A DNA stretch of 64,000 nucleotides from Bdellovibrio sp. GTDB taxonomy: Bacteria; Bdellovibrionota; Bdellovibrionia; Bdellovibrionales; Bdellovibrionaceae. Both the position numbers and the translations under genes were made by a program. Location: positions 1 to 64,000 of the forward strand of contig JBKCUU010000019.1 in assembly GCA_046318155.1 (NCBI GenBank), in the 5' to 3' direction. The notes beneath the pieces were generated by a model. The model was not told the DNA's origin. It was given only the letters and a program-made list of their open reading frames with translations, and did not search any database. Shown piece by piece: positions 8,505-17,170 of this stretch (positions are counted from its first letter, which is position 1; each line of letters starts with the position of its first letter).

Positions 8505-9617
8505 TTAGAACGACGCACTGAGATCGAGATGGGTTCGCAAGTATTCGGTTCCTGTTGTCGATTCATTTAAACGGCAAACCATCTGCGTGAGCTTCAGCGA
8601 AATCCCCTGCGCAAGCCTGTAACGGCCCGACAGAACAACCCCCGAAACATCCGTGCGTCCATCACCAAAGCTTGACTGAGTAAAGATCGCAGGAACGGCA
8701 TCGGACTCAACAAAACCCCATGCCAAGGTCGAGTCCCAAACTTTTTGCCCCACAGAGGCTGAAATCCACCACGCTTTATTCGGATCCTTGGTCTCACTAT
8801 TCACCAAATGTTCAATAGCGAGCCCTGAATTCCAAGACCCCCAGTTTTTATCAAACTCGGCAAAGACCTGGCGAGGGACATAGTTATTTTTGACCACTCC
8901 TGCCGGACTTTCAGAATTGCCACGGGCGGAAGCACCCGACGCGAGATCGCTAAATTTCATTCCTTGAAGTGCCGTGTAATTAAAGAAACCTGCACCCACA
9001 ACAAACTCGTTTTCATCTCGTTCAAACTTAAGCCCCATCTGCGCAAAGTTCAGAACATTATCCGTCAGTTCTTCCGAATAAAACGAGTCGTAGTTCTCAC
9101 GAATCAAGGCGGACCCTGCCGTTCCAAACAAGTTCCAACTGGGACTGAGTCCTTGCTCGAGGCGAACGGCAGCGCCCTCAAGGGCGATGTCATCATCCAA
9201 GAGAATCTCACTCCCGCCAGCCTTAAATTGCGATTGCGGAATGCGCCCTAGATCAAGCCTTAAAAATTTCAGGGCTTGCCAGCGGGCATAGGCAAGATCG
9301 AGCCCAATCGGCCGACGAGGCGCACCTGGGTTGTCTTTGTCGCCTAAGGTTTGGTTGGCACTTCGGTGCCCCAATGCGGTCGCCAAGCGAATCTCGGCTC
9401 GAAGGTCTTCTTGAAGTTCGGCTTGCATACCTAGTCGAAGCCGCAGCCGCTGGATGGTGCGTCGATCATTGGTGTCATTTTTTTCCGATTGGGTTCTCAG
9501 ACGAAGATCGCCCGACCACTTCAGCCGCGGCTTCGACTTTTCTTGCGCGTTGACCTGACCTGCTGGAATCAAGCACAGAATAAAAATCAACAGAAAGAGC
9601 ACGGCTTGCATTGGCAA
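8505..9617 (-). CDS. Putative porin (Porin_5-like outer-membrane beta-barrel), paralog of 15167-16339
   Basis: Signal peptide; WSGDLRLR..RLRLRLG..RLAT..NQTLG motif; ends in LDLSASF (C-terminal Phe). Confidence 0.8.
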   Translation of the reverse strand: MPMQAVLFLLIFILCLIPAGQVNAQEKSKPRLKWSGDLRLRTQSEKNDTNDRRTIQRLRLRLGMQAELQEDLRAEIRLATALGHRSANQTLGDKDNPGAPRRPIGLDLAYARWQALKFLRLDLGRIPQSQFKAGGSEILLDDDIALEGAAVRLEQGLSPSWNLFGTAGSALIRENYDSFYSEELTDNVLNFAQMGLKFERDENEFVVGAGFFNYTALQGMKFSDLASGASARGNSESPAGVVKNNYVPRQVFAEFDKNWGSWNSGLAIEHLVNSETKDPNKAWWISASVGQKVWDSTLAWGFVESDAVPAIFTQSSFGDGRTDVSGVVLSGRYRLAQGISLKLTQMVCRLNESTTGTEYLRTHLDLSASF

Positions 9618-9624
9618 AAAGTCC

Positions 9625-10764
9625 TTAGAGGTAAAAGTGACCGATCAACCAAACGGCATCTTGAAAATCATTGTTCAATGCGGTTGTGCGCTCTTTGCGG
9701 TAGTAGCCCAAAAAATCCCAGTGCGGGCGCGGAAACCACTGAGCACCAATCGAGTAAGCCTCGAATCGCGGGTCTGTCTGTTCCATGTTCAGATTTGCAA
9801 ATTCGTGCACGCCTAAAAGATGCAAACCTTGGTGAAACTCATGACCAAACTTAAAGGTCGAAACCAGGCCCCACTTTTTGTCAGCTCCTTGCGGCCGTGC
9901 AAGATCCCAAAGCGCGTACCATTCTTTGGTGAAGGCCCAATGCGTGAAGGCTCCTAAAATCTTTCGATCAAATTCGAGACCGGCTGGGGTCTTTTGGCGG
10001 GACTGGTAATAATTGAGTCCCACCTTTGAATCGGTTCCGACCGCCGAGGCCACCTGCAAGACACCGCCATTTTCATGCAAAATCTGATTGCCGCTCGCTT
10101 GTGACAAAACTCCCGTGGCTGTGACTTGGTAGGATTCATTGAACCATGAAAGTTCAGCGGCATAGCGCTCTTGCCCCGGCCCAAAACCGAGCACACCTCG
10201 GCTGACAAAAGTGTGCTCGGCAAAGCCGATCCCGAAAGCTGGCATAAAACGGCCCACACGCAATCCCAAACGATCGCTGGCCTCAGGATCGCTGAACACA
10301 TATTCAAGGCCATGACGGGGACTCGAGACAAAATCTTTGGCTGTTGCCTCTTTCAAGCGGGATTCGATGCGTCCAATTGAGAAGAAGGCTTTCAGTCGAT
10401 CAGCAATCAGCGTTGCCGCAAAATCCAGATCGACTTGCATAACGAAGAATCGCCCTTTCGAGGCTTGCTTGGACTCAATAAAAGTTTGCAAGAGACGAAT
10501 ATCACCACCGTAAACGAGCCATTCCGGCGCCGGAGCAAAACCGTAGAGAGCTTCTTCATCACCCTCAAGGGAAGGCTTACCGCCTAAGGTGGGCTGGGAC
10601 AAAAGTTCTTTCGAAATCGAACGCCCGTAAGGGTTTAAAAGATTGCCCCCGGTCACACTGACATGGCAGGTGACGCATTGAAGGTAGCCATGACGAACCA
10701 TATCCGGAAAAGCATGACTGACCGATCCCGCAAGAAAAGTCAGTAAGAGGCCATAAAACTTCAC
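9625..10764 (-). CDS. Monoheme cytochrome c-porin fusion (Cyc2-like architecture)
   Basis: Signal peptide, then FPDMVRHGYLQCVTCH..LNPYGR, then amphipathic beta-strands ending WLIGHFYL. Confidence 0.7.
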   Translation of the reverse strand: MKFYGLLLTFLAGSVSHAFPDMVRHGYLQCVTCHVSVTGGNLLNPYGRSISKELLSQPTLGGKPSLEGDEEALYGFAPAPEWLVYGGDIRLLQTFIESKQASKGRFFVMQVDLDFAATLIADRLKAFFSIGRIESRLKEATAKDFVSSPRHGLEYVFSDPEASDRLGLRVGRFMPAFGIGFAEHTFVSRGVLGFGPGQERYAAELSWFNESYQVTATGVLSQASGNQILHENGGVLQVASAVGTDSKVGLNYYQSRQKTPAGLEFDRKILGAFTHWAFTKEWYALWDLARPQGADKKWGLVSTFKFGHEFHQGLHLLGVHEFANLNMEQTDPRFEAYSIGAQWFPRPHWDFLGYYRKERTTALNNDFQDAVWLIGHFYL

Positions 10765-11420
10765 TCGGGCATCCCCAGATCAATCCAGTTCAGCAAAACT
10801 TTGCGCTCTTTCGGCGACAGGGCCGGATAGGGCTCGATCGGCATAGTCTGCTTCACGATGACGCTTTCAAAAATCTTGGTGATGTTCATACGAACTTCAC
10901 TCAAAGAGGTCAAATCTAAAGCACCTTGAGGATTCACTCCCGAATGACAATCCAAACACTTGGCTGCAAAAATTTGATCTCGAACTTTTGCGAATCCAGT
11001 TGGCCCTTGATCCAAACCGCCGCCGGGCTTCTCTGAAGGCCCCGAGACTTGCTCGGGCGCACCGGCCTCGATCCACGCCTTCAAGATTGCAGTCTCCGCC
11101 GAAGGCAATCCCTGCGGTGGCATGTCTCGTTTTTCAAGCGAGCGAAAGGCGATCCGGTTCAAATTGGCACGTAAGCTTTGGTAGGTCTCTAAATTCAAAT
11201 TACCCTTGTTACCTGTTTGATTCGAGTGACAGTTCAAACATTGCGGACCAATCACCGTTTGATTCAAGGTCACGTAATTGAGTGGACCCAGATCGCGGGT
11301 GCCAACTCCGCCGCCGGGCGCGGCCTCTTCTTTGAGGCGGCTATAATTGCAAGAAGCCGTGACCAAGACGACCAACACCATCAAGATATTTTGAATGACG
11401 ACCATGATCTGACTCCTCAT
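10761..11420 (-). CDS. Diheme c-type cytochrome lipoprotein
   Basis: Lipobox TASC; two tandem homologous domains, CLNCH...MPP...WI.AGAPE and CLDCH...MPI...WI.LGMPE. Confidence 0.85.
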   Translation of the reverse strand: MRSQIMVVIQNILMVLVVLVTASCNYSRLKEEAAPGGGVGTRDLGPLNYVTLNQTVIGPQCLNCHSNQTGNKGNLNLETYQSLRANLNRIAFRSLEKRDMPPQGLPSAETAILKAWIEAGAPEQVSGPSEKPGGGLDQGPTGFAKVRDQIFAAKCLDCHSGVNPQGALDLTSLSEVRMNITKIFESVIVKQTMPIEPYPALSPKERKVLLNWIDLGMPE

Positions 11421-14044
11421 TTTGGAAAGACCGATTCGCAGCTATCATTGCCCGCACGCCAGGTTCCACTCGAGCCTTCTTTTAAAAATTCAAAGATCGC
11501 CCAGCCGGCATTCCAAGCGCCGCGGTCCAACCACTCTTCGACACGTTCAGGATGAACCGCGCGATTTGTCTGGGGGTCAAATTTAAGGTCGGGGTGGCCT
11601 GGCTCTAGATTGTCCATGAAACAAACTTTGTTAAAAATCTCGTGGTCCGTAAAATTCGGAGACGACGGTTTGTCGCTCGAAATTTGAGCCAAACACTTTT
11701 CGCGAATGCCATTGAGCATTTGCCCACCGTGCTTACCCATGAAGCTCGAAATCTCGGGAGGAAACCGAACGCGCGTTCCCTCCATAGCCATCCAGATCAA
11801 ATAATTTCCACCGAGGTTTCGGCCATCAAGATCAAAAGTTTTGAGATTCTCATTTTTTTGCCCAAACATGCCATCCACAAAATTGGCAACACGCACGCCC
11901 CCGCCTGACCAATTGAGAATACCGCGTGCGAGTGAAGTGTCTCCATCCCCTTTGGGACCATGGCACTTCAGACAGGTGTTTCGGTAAAAATAGGAGCCCG
12001 GAGTCGTCGTATAGATTTCGCCCAAAGGACGCTTCGGGATCGTCATTTTCTTATCTTTGTACATCCAAGGCCGGCGAGCCTCCGGGGCAAGCTCCCTCTC
12101 GGGAAAAGAACACTGCGGTTTTTTATTCCAATGGCCGACGGCATACTCGGTCCGAATGGCTTGCTCAAGCGAGGGCGTCAGCTGCAAGCGCCGGTACTTT
12201 TCGGGCATACCATCCGTTGTACTTTTCCAGTCGTTTCGGCGTGGCACATAGGTCTCACCCTGCACCCACGTAAAATCCATATCGATCCAGTGAAAGGGAT
12301 TCTCTTTTTTGCAATTTGGCTCCCATATTTGAGCGGCCTCTTCGCTCTCAAAAGAACGGATCCATTTTCCCATCACCGTCATCACGTGACAGTCGGGCGA
12401 ACCCGGCGTGTGCATCGGCATTTGTGAAAACATTCCTTGCTGAGCCGCGGGGTCAACAACTTTGCGCCAGATATGTGAGCTATCAAGATCACCATTCTGA
12501 TGCACCAGGCGCCGCGTGGTGATCTGCACAGATTTTTGCTGCGTATTAAAATTAAAAAGATCTCCGGGTCCGAGCGGTAACTGAATGCCGTTTTCTTTGG
12601 TAAAGGCTAAACCTTGAGCATTGTGACAATGAAAGCAATTTCCGACGGCATAGCCATTTGCGCGAAGTTCATGCGCATTTCTTGGTGCGATCCGTCCTGA
12701 ATTTTCCAGAACGGGAAGATCCTCTGCTGATCGAATTCCGCTCAAAAGTCCGTAATCAATAAATCGCGAGACCTGATCCATGTCATGCGCGGCGGGAATC
12801 TCGAGCCGTCCTGCTCCACCCCAGGGACGTTTGTTGATTTGCAAGGGGTCAAAACCTAAAACAAAATTTTTGGATGGACTTCCCATATGGCAATCCATGC
12901 AGCGCTGGCGTCCAGGAATCGCGTAGGGGCGCATTTTCATTTTTGACTCATCGACCACAACATCAAGAACTAAATCTTTCCAAGGCGTCCCATCGCGGTA
13001 AGGGGCCTCAACAAGCATCGCCACTTGTTCGGTCTCGTCCCACTGATAGGTACCGAAGAGTGAGTTCTCCCAGGGCGTTCGTACCACGATGATTCGAGTT
13101 TCCATTCGTCGCATTTTAATTTTTTTATTTGGTAGCGTGACAGCACGGTAGAACGACTTATAAAAGCGTGTGTTGTCTGGAATTTTGAATTGCTTGGTAA
13201 CGCCATCATAGCTAATCGTTTGCTTGACCAACTTGCCGTCTTTGATCGCCATCGGCACATGAATCCAGCGTCCTTTGTTAGCATTGTCTGCCCAAAGCGG
13301 ATATTCTACGTTGTAAGCGAGCGTCCCCTTCTTAGCGAGTTCATAGGAATCTAAGGTAAACATGTCTGTTTCGTTTAAATACTTAGGTAAGGTCTTGGCG
13401 TTTTCAAAAACGCGGTCCATCTGATAATCAAAACCAATTAGTTTTGCTTTGGGCACGCAATCACCCAGTTCGGATGTCGCCTGTGGTTTTTGTGGGCGCG
13501 GTTTTCCGCGAGGCGGCTCGGGTGCTTTGCCAAGACGGAAAGTCCCGTTCGGTTTGCCGGCTGCAATCCATAAATTAAGTTGGCGTCCCAGCTCGAGAAA
13601 AGCTTCTGGGTTCTTTTGGCGGCGCTCAAGCGGCGGCATTTTTTTAACAGGGTCCTCGGTCAAAAGCGAATCGCGCATTTGTTCGGCGCTTTCTCTAAAG
13701 CCGCCAATCCAGGTTCGTTCGCCACTCAAAAGAACTTCAGCCCCTTCCCAAGAATCGAGGTAGGTAAAGCCCCCGTTTTTGGCGGGCGACTGGTGGCAAC
13801 TGGCGCAGGCCGAGTTTATCGTCGCTCGAACATTTTGAAACGAGTAAATGATTTCGGTACCACCTCGAAAAGGCGTTTCTTCAAATTCATGAGACGCCTC
13901 GACAGGCGGGCAGGATTCGGCGCGCAAGCGCTCTTCTTCAGACATCTCTCGGCTACCACCGCAGGCACTCAATGACAGAAAGGCCCACATTGCTGTGAGC
14001 CCCAAGGGTAGAACGCGTGACAGAAAAAACTTTCGTGTCTTCAT
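11417..14044 (-). CDS. Large tetraheme c-type cytochrome lipoprotein with SO2930-like central region
   Basis: GAGGAG RBS before MKTRKFF; lipobox LSAC; CASCH, CMDCH, CFHCH, CLKCH; YPLWADNANKGRWI/ETRII/YQWD segment recalls SO2930-type diheme cytochromes. Confidence 0.8.
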   Translation of the reverse strand: MKTRKFFLSRVLPLGLTAMWAFLSLSACGGSREMSEEERLRAESCPPVEASHEFEETPFRGGTEIIYSFQNVRATINSACASCHQSPAKNGGFTYLDSWEGAEVLLSGERTWIGGFRESAEQMRDSLLTEDPVKKMPPLERRQKNPEAFLELGRQLNLWIAAGKPNGTFRLGKAPEPPRGKPRPQKPQATSELGDCVPKAKLIGFDYQMDRVFENAKTLPKYLNETDMFTLDSYELAKKGTLAYNVEYPLWADNANKGRWIHVPMAIKDGKLVKQTISYDGVTKQFKIPDNTRFYKSFYRAVTLPNKKIKMRRMETRIIVVRTPWENSLFGTYQWDETEQVAMLVEAPYRDGTPWKDLVLDVVVDESKMKMRPYAIPGRQRCMDCHMGSPSKNFVLGFDPLQINKRPWGGAGRLEIPAAHDMDQVSRFIDYGLLSGIRSAEDLPVLENSGRIAPRNAHELRANGYAVGNCFHCHNAQGLAFTKENGIQLPLGPGDLFNFNTQQKSVQITTRRLVHQNGDLDSSHIWRKVVDPAAQQGMFSQMPMHTPGSPDCHVMTVMGKWIRSFESEEAAQIWEPNCKKENPFHWIDMDFTWVQGETYVPRRNDWKSTTDGMPEKYRRLQLTPSLEQAIRTEYAVGHWNKKPQCSFPERELAPEARRPWMYKDKKMTIPKRPLGEIYTTTPGSYFYRNTCLKCHGPKGDGDTSLARGILNWSGGGVRVANFVDGMFGQKNENLKTFDLDGRNLGGNYLIWMAMEGTRVRFPPEISSFMGKHGGQMLNGIREKCLAQISSDKPSSPNFTDHEIFNKVCFMDNLEPGHPDLKFDPQTNRAVHPERVEEWLDRGAWNAGWAIFEFLKEGSSGTWRAGNDSCESVFPK

Positions 14045-14126
14045 TGTCTCCTCGCGATCAGAAGCCCGTTTTGCGGGCCTCTTTTCTGATTCATCGATAA
14101 CGAGTCGGGGACTTTTGATCCGGCTC

Positions 14127-14951
14127 TTAATCAATCGTGATAAATTCGTGCGCTTGCATGATCGGATCCATGAACGAACGGTCTGTGACGTAAGTCATCA
14201 ACTGTTGTTCAACTTCATTCGCCGTGCGGGCGCCAGTCACTTCATAGACATACAAGTTACGTGCAAAGGGGTAAGAAAAGTCACGAATCGTGGCTGTTGT
14301 GGGAGTCACTGCTGGTGCGCCCGAAGCCTTCGACAAAGCAACGACGCGGTTGTCCGCAACTTTACCAGAAAGACCTGCATAACCGATGGCGTTGATATCA
14401 CGCGCCGTCGCTTCAGCAATGTCTGCAGTTTCATTCAAAGCAATTACGCAAGGACCAAATGCTTTAAGACCAGTAAAGTGCTTGAAAGCATCTGTTGTTC
14501 CAGACGCATCATTACGTCGGTAAGCTTTGATCTCGCCCTTTTGACCTGAACCAGGGATTTGTTCCCATTTTGTGAATTCGCAAGTGTAAATGCGGCTCAC
14601 GGTTTTAACGTCAAGTGAAGCGATGGGACTGTTTGCTTTAACAAACAAACCGATTCCATCCAGAGCAACAACGTGTCCAACAACCGTGATCCCACGAGCC
14701 GTCAATTGCGCTGCGATTTCGGGTTTCATTTCACGAGACATGGGCCCGATGCCTTGGTCGCCTGAGAGCATACCTTTTTCAGCATTACCTGATCCACCAC
14801 CGATGTACTGAATCTGTTGATCCATACCTGCCGCGATAATCGCGTCGGTCAAGGCGCCGCCCAAAGTATCTGATCCTGCGAATGTGACTTTTGTTTGTGC
14901 AGAAGCGATTGAAGAGACAACCAGCAACGCACCCACGAGGAACTTGTTCAT
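14127..14951 (-). CDS. PstS-like phosphate/oxyanion-binding periplasmic protein
   Basis: Signal peptide; GSDT, GGGSG, VALDGI, RRNDASGT, AIGYAG, YPFARNLYVY motifs of the PstS family. Confidence 0.85.
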   Translation of the reverse strand: MNKFLVGALLVVSSIASAQTKVTFAGSDTLGGALTDAIIAAGMDQQIQYIGGGSGNAEKGMLSGDQGIGPMSREMKPEIAAQLTARGITVVGHVVALDGIGLFVKANSPIASLDVKTVSRIYTCEFTKWEQIPGSGQKGEIKAYRRNDASGTTDAFKHFTGLKAFGPCVIALNETADIAEATARDINAIGYAGLSGKVADNRVVALSKASGAPAVTPTTATIRDFSYPFARNLYVYEVTGARTANEVEQQLMTYVTDRSFMDPIMQAHEFITID

Positions 14952-15166
14952 GCTCGACTCCATTTTTCTCAACCCGTGATTGGATTGATTTGTAGGTTAT
15001 GATTTCAACTGTGCTTCTAAGGGGAAACATACCTGAAATCACGTTGGCTTTTCGTTGGGATTCTGTTTGGATTCGAAGCAAAGCTTCTAGACGTGCTGTG
15101 ACTAACCAGGGGAGCAAAGAAAAATGAGAATCAAACTCTAGAAAGTACACCCATCAATGCCCCTGG

Positions 15167-16339
15167 TCAGAAGGAGGCAATAAAATCGAGCTGCGACGAG
15201 CGAAAATCGCGCTCGGTCGAATTGACACCGCGCTTGGCTTGGTACTGATTGTAACCCACCTGCGAGTTGTCACTCAGTTGATAAGACAAGGACAGACGCG
15301 TTCCCTTGTTATCGGTTCCTCCGCCATTCGTGTCACTGTCCGTGAACGCGCCGACGACGCTGTCCGTTTGCTTTTCAACCATCGCAAATCCCAGGCTTGT
15401 GCGCCCCCACTTGAGGTTCAGTCCCAGCTCGGTTGCTGTGTTCTGATCACTGATCTCTGTGTTCTTAACCATTTCGTAAAATGCCGTGGCTTCGCTAGAT
15501 CCAAATTTGTGCTTCCACTCGACACCAAGAGAACTCAGAACATATTTGTTTTGAAAGTAGTATTTGCGTTGATCGGGGGGAAGCAGGGGATCGTTTGGGT
15601 AAACCGTGTTTCCACGGTAGCGGTCAAGTGGATACGAGTAAGCATCGACTTTGCCGTCTTTCTCGAGAACATTGATCTGCTTATCTTGAATGTTGAGGTA
15701 ATAATAACTTCCCACTCGGCCTGTGATTGTTCCGACAGGTGTCTTGTGCGAGTAGCCGACTTCAAACCCCGCTAGGCCCGTATCAACGACATCGTCAGGA
15801 GCCGCGTAATTTTCAGAAATCATAAACGCGCCCGAATTCACAAACGCCGACGAGGAACTCCATTTTGGCTCCCATTTGAAAGCCAGTCCCTCAAATGCCA
15901 AATCACCGTCAAAAAGAGTTTGCGCTTTGGCTGGTGACCAAAAGGGATTTGCGGCGCGGCCCAACCACAATCGGCCGCCTTTCATGAAATTCCAGTCAAT
16001 AAAGGCCAAATCTAAACCAAAAGACCGGCGGGCCATGCCGGGGTCTTTTGAATCTCCCAAGGTCTGATTCGTGCTGATCGACGAGGTTCCTGTCGCCAGT
16101 CGAAGGTGGACCTGAGTCTCTGGATTCACATCGGCTCGAAGGCCCAGGCGGACGCGGAGCTGCTGGAAATTTCGATCTTGGTCGACATTTTCTTGGGACC
16201 TTGCAAGCCGGTATCGCAAATCCCCGCCCCACTCGAGTTTTTTGGTCCATTCCGAGAGGTCGACCGTGTTTTGCGAGTAGGCATTGAAAGAGAAGAACGC
16301 TGTGATAAAAAAGAAGGCACAAAGAGTGAGTCTGTTCAT
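15167..16339 (-). CDS. Putative porin (Porin_5-like outer-membrane beta-barrel)
   Basis: Signal peptide; WGGDLRYR..LRVRLG..RLATG..STNQTLG; AFTDSD..GGTDNKG; ends in QLDFIASF. Confidence 0.85.
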   Translation of the reverse strand: MNRLTLCAFFFITAFFSFNAYSQNTVDLSEWTKKLEWGGDLRYRLARSQENVDQDRNFQQLRVRLGLRADVNPETQVHLRLATGTSSISTNQTLGDSKDPGMARRSFGLDLAFIDWNFMKGGRLWLGRAANPFWSPAKAQTLFDGDLAFEGLAFKWEPKWSSSSAFVNSGAFMISENYAAPDDVVDTGLAGFEVGYSHKTPVGTITGRVGSYYYLNIQDKQINVLEKDGKVDAYSYPLDRYRGNTVYPNDPLLPPDQRKYYFQNKYVLSSLGVEWKHKFGSSEATAFYEMVKNTEISDQNTATELGLNLKWGRTSLGFAMVEKQTDSVVGAFTDSDTNGGGTDNKGTRLSLSYQLSDNSQVGYNQYQAKRGVNSTERDFRSSQLDFIASF

Positions 16340-16403
16340 GCCCTTGGTTTGGTTCGGACCCCTAGAAAGGTCAAGATTCTAACGAGAATCCAAACTGATT
16401 TCT

Positions 16404-16442
16404 GACAGAACTATCGCCAGAACTATCGACAGAACTATCGAC
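16404..16442. repeat. 12-bp tandem repeat x3.25 upstream of the porin-cytochrome cluster
   Basis: GACAGAACTATC GCCAGAACTATC GACAGAACTATC GAC. Confidence 0.9.
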
Positions 16443-16446
16443 GGGC

Positions 16447-17001
16447 CTACCGAAGGACATCGTAAACAACACGGACGGAGTACGTCGTGCCGTCAACAAC
16501 CTGCTCCCAGATCAATTCGTAAGAGTCCATGGCGGAGGGGCGCCAGATGCCGCGCCGTGCAATTCGGCGGACTTCTTCGATGGGCGCGAGACGAGCTCTT
16601 TGGCTCCAAACGCCTACTTTTTTGGTGGTACTTAGAGCCTGAATCTGCCAGATCGAATCGCCCCATTTCTTTTCGGGCGAGAGATCGATCAAAGTGGGCA
16701 CCCAGGTCGAAAGATTCATCGACCCCTCGTAAGGTGCTTTCGAACACCGCACTTCACTTTTCATGTTTTTAAAACTGTGTTTCAAAAAGAGCTTTAAACC
16801 CTTTTCTTTGTGCGCGACCCAAACCTCCGCTTCTCTGGCGACCAGGACCTGGTTGGGTAACCTGGAAAAGTCGAAAGACTCGTAAGCTTTTGCCTGAAAG
16901 TAGGTTGGTGGCTGCGAACATAGGGGCACTTTCGCGGCTGCGTTTTCGACAACCAAGAGCAAAATCAAAATAGACAGCAGCCCGTATCGCAAATGTCTCA
17001 T
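16447..17001 (-). CDS. Secreted hypothetical protein
   Basis: Signal peptide-like N-terminus, AAGGGG RBS; no recognised family. Confidence 0.6.
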   Translation of the reverse strand: MRHLRYGLLSILILLLVVENAAAKVPLCSQPPTYFQAKAYESFDFSRLPNQVLVAREAEVWVAHKEKGLKLFLKHSFKNMKSEVRCSKAPYEGSMNLSTWVPTLIDLSPEKKWGDSIWQIQALSTTKKVGVWSQRARLAPIEEVRRIARRGIWRPSAMDSYELIWEQVVDGTTYSVRVVYDVLR

Positions 17002-17170
17002 GGTTCCCCTTTTGTGTGCACGACTAGCCTAGACTCGACTTCAGTCTCATCGGCATGGACCACAGAAACTGGACACTCATTTAGTCCAGTTTTCGGCTCG
17101 TCTCATTCAAGGACAGGACCGGACACCCGATGAGTAACGTGTTTGACACTTTTTTAAGGATTGAGAACTA

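Noticed and set aside
8505..16339. Calling the cluster MtrCAB/Pcc or a canonical pstSCAB operon
   Set aside because: No decaheme/octaheme proteins, porins are much smaller than MtrB, and there are no PstC/A/B or PhoU genes.
17030..17130. GTCTCA/GGAC-containing motifs and the AAACTGGAC...GTCCAGTTT hairpin in a divergent promoter region
   Set aside because: Plausibly regulatory, but too short and degenerate to assign without a genome-wide motif search.
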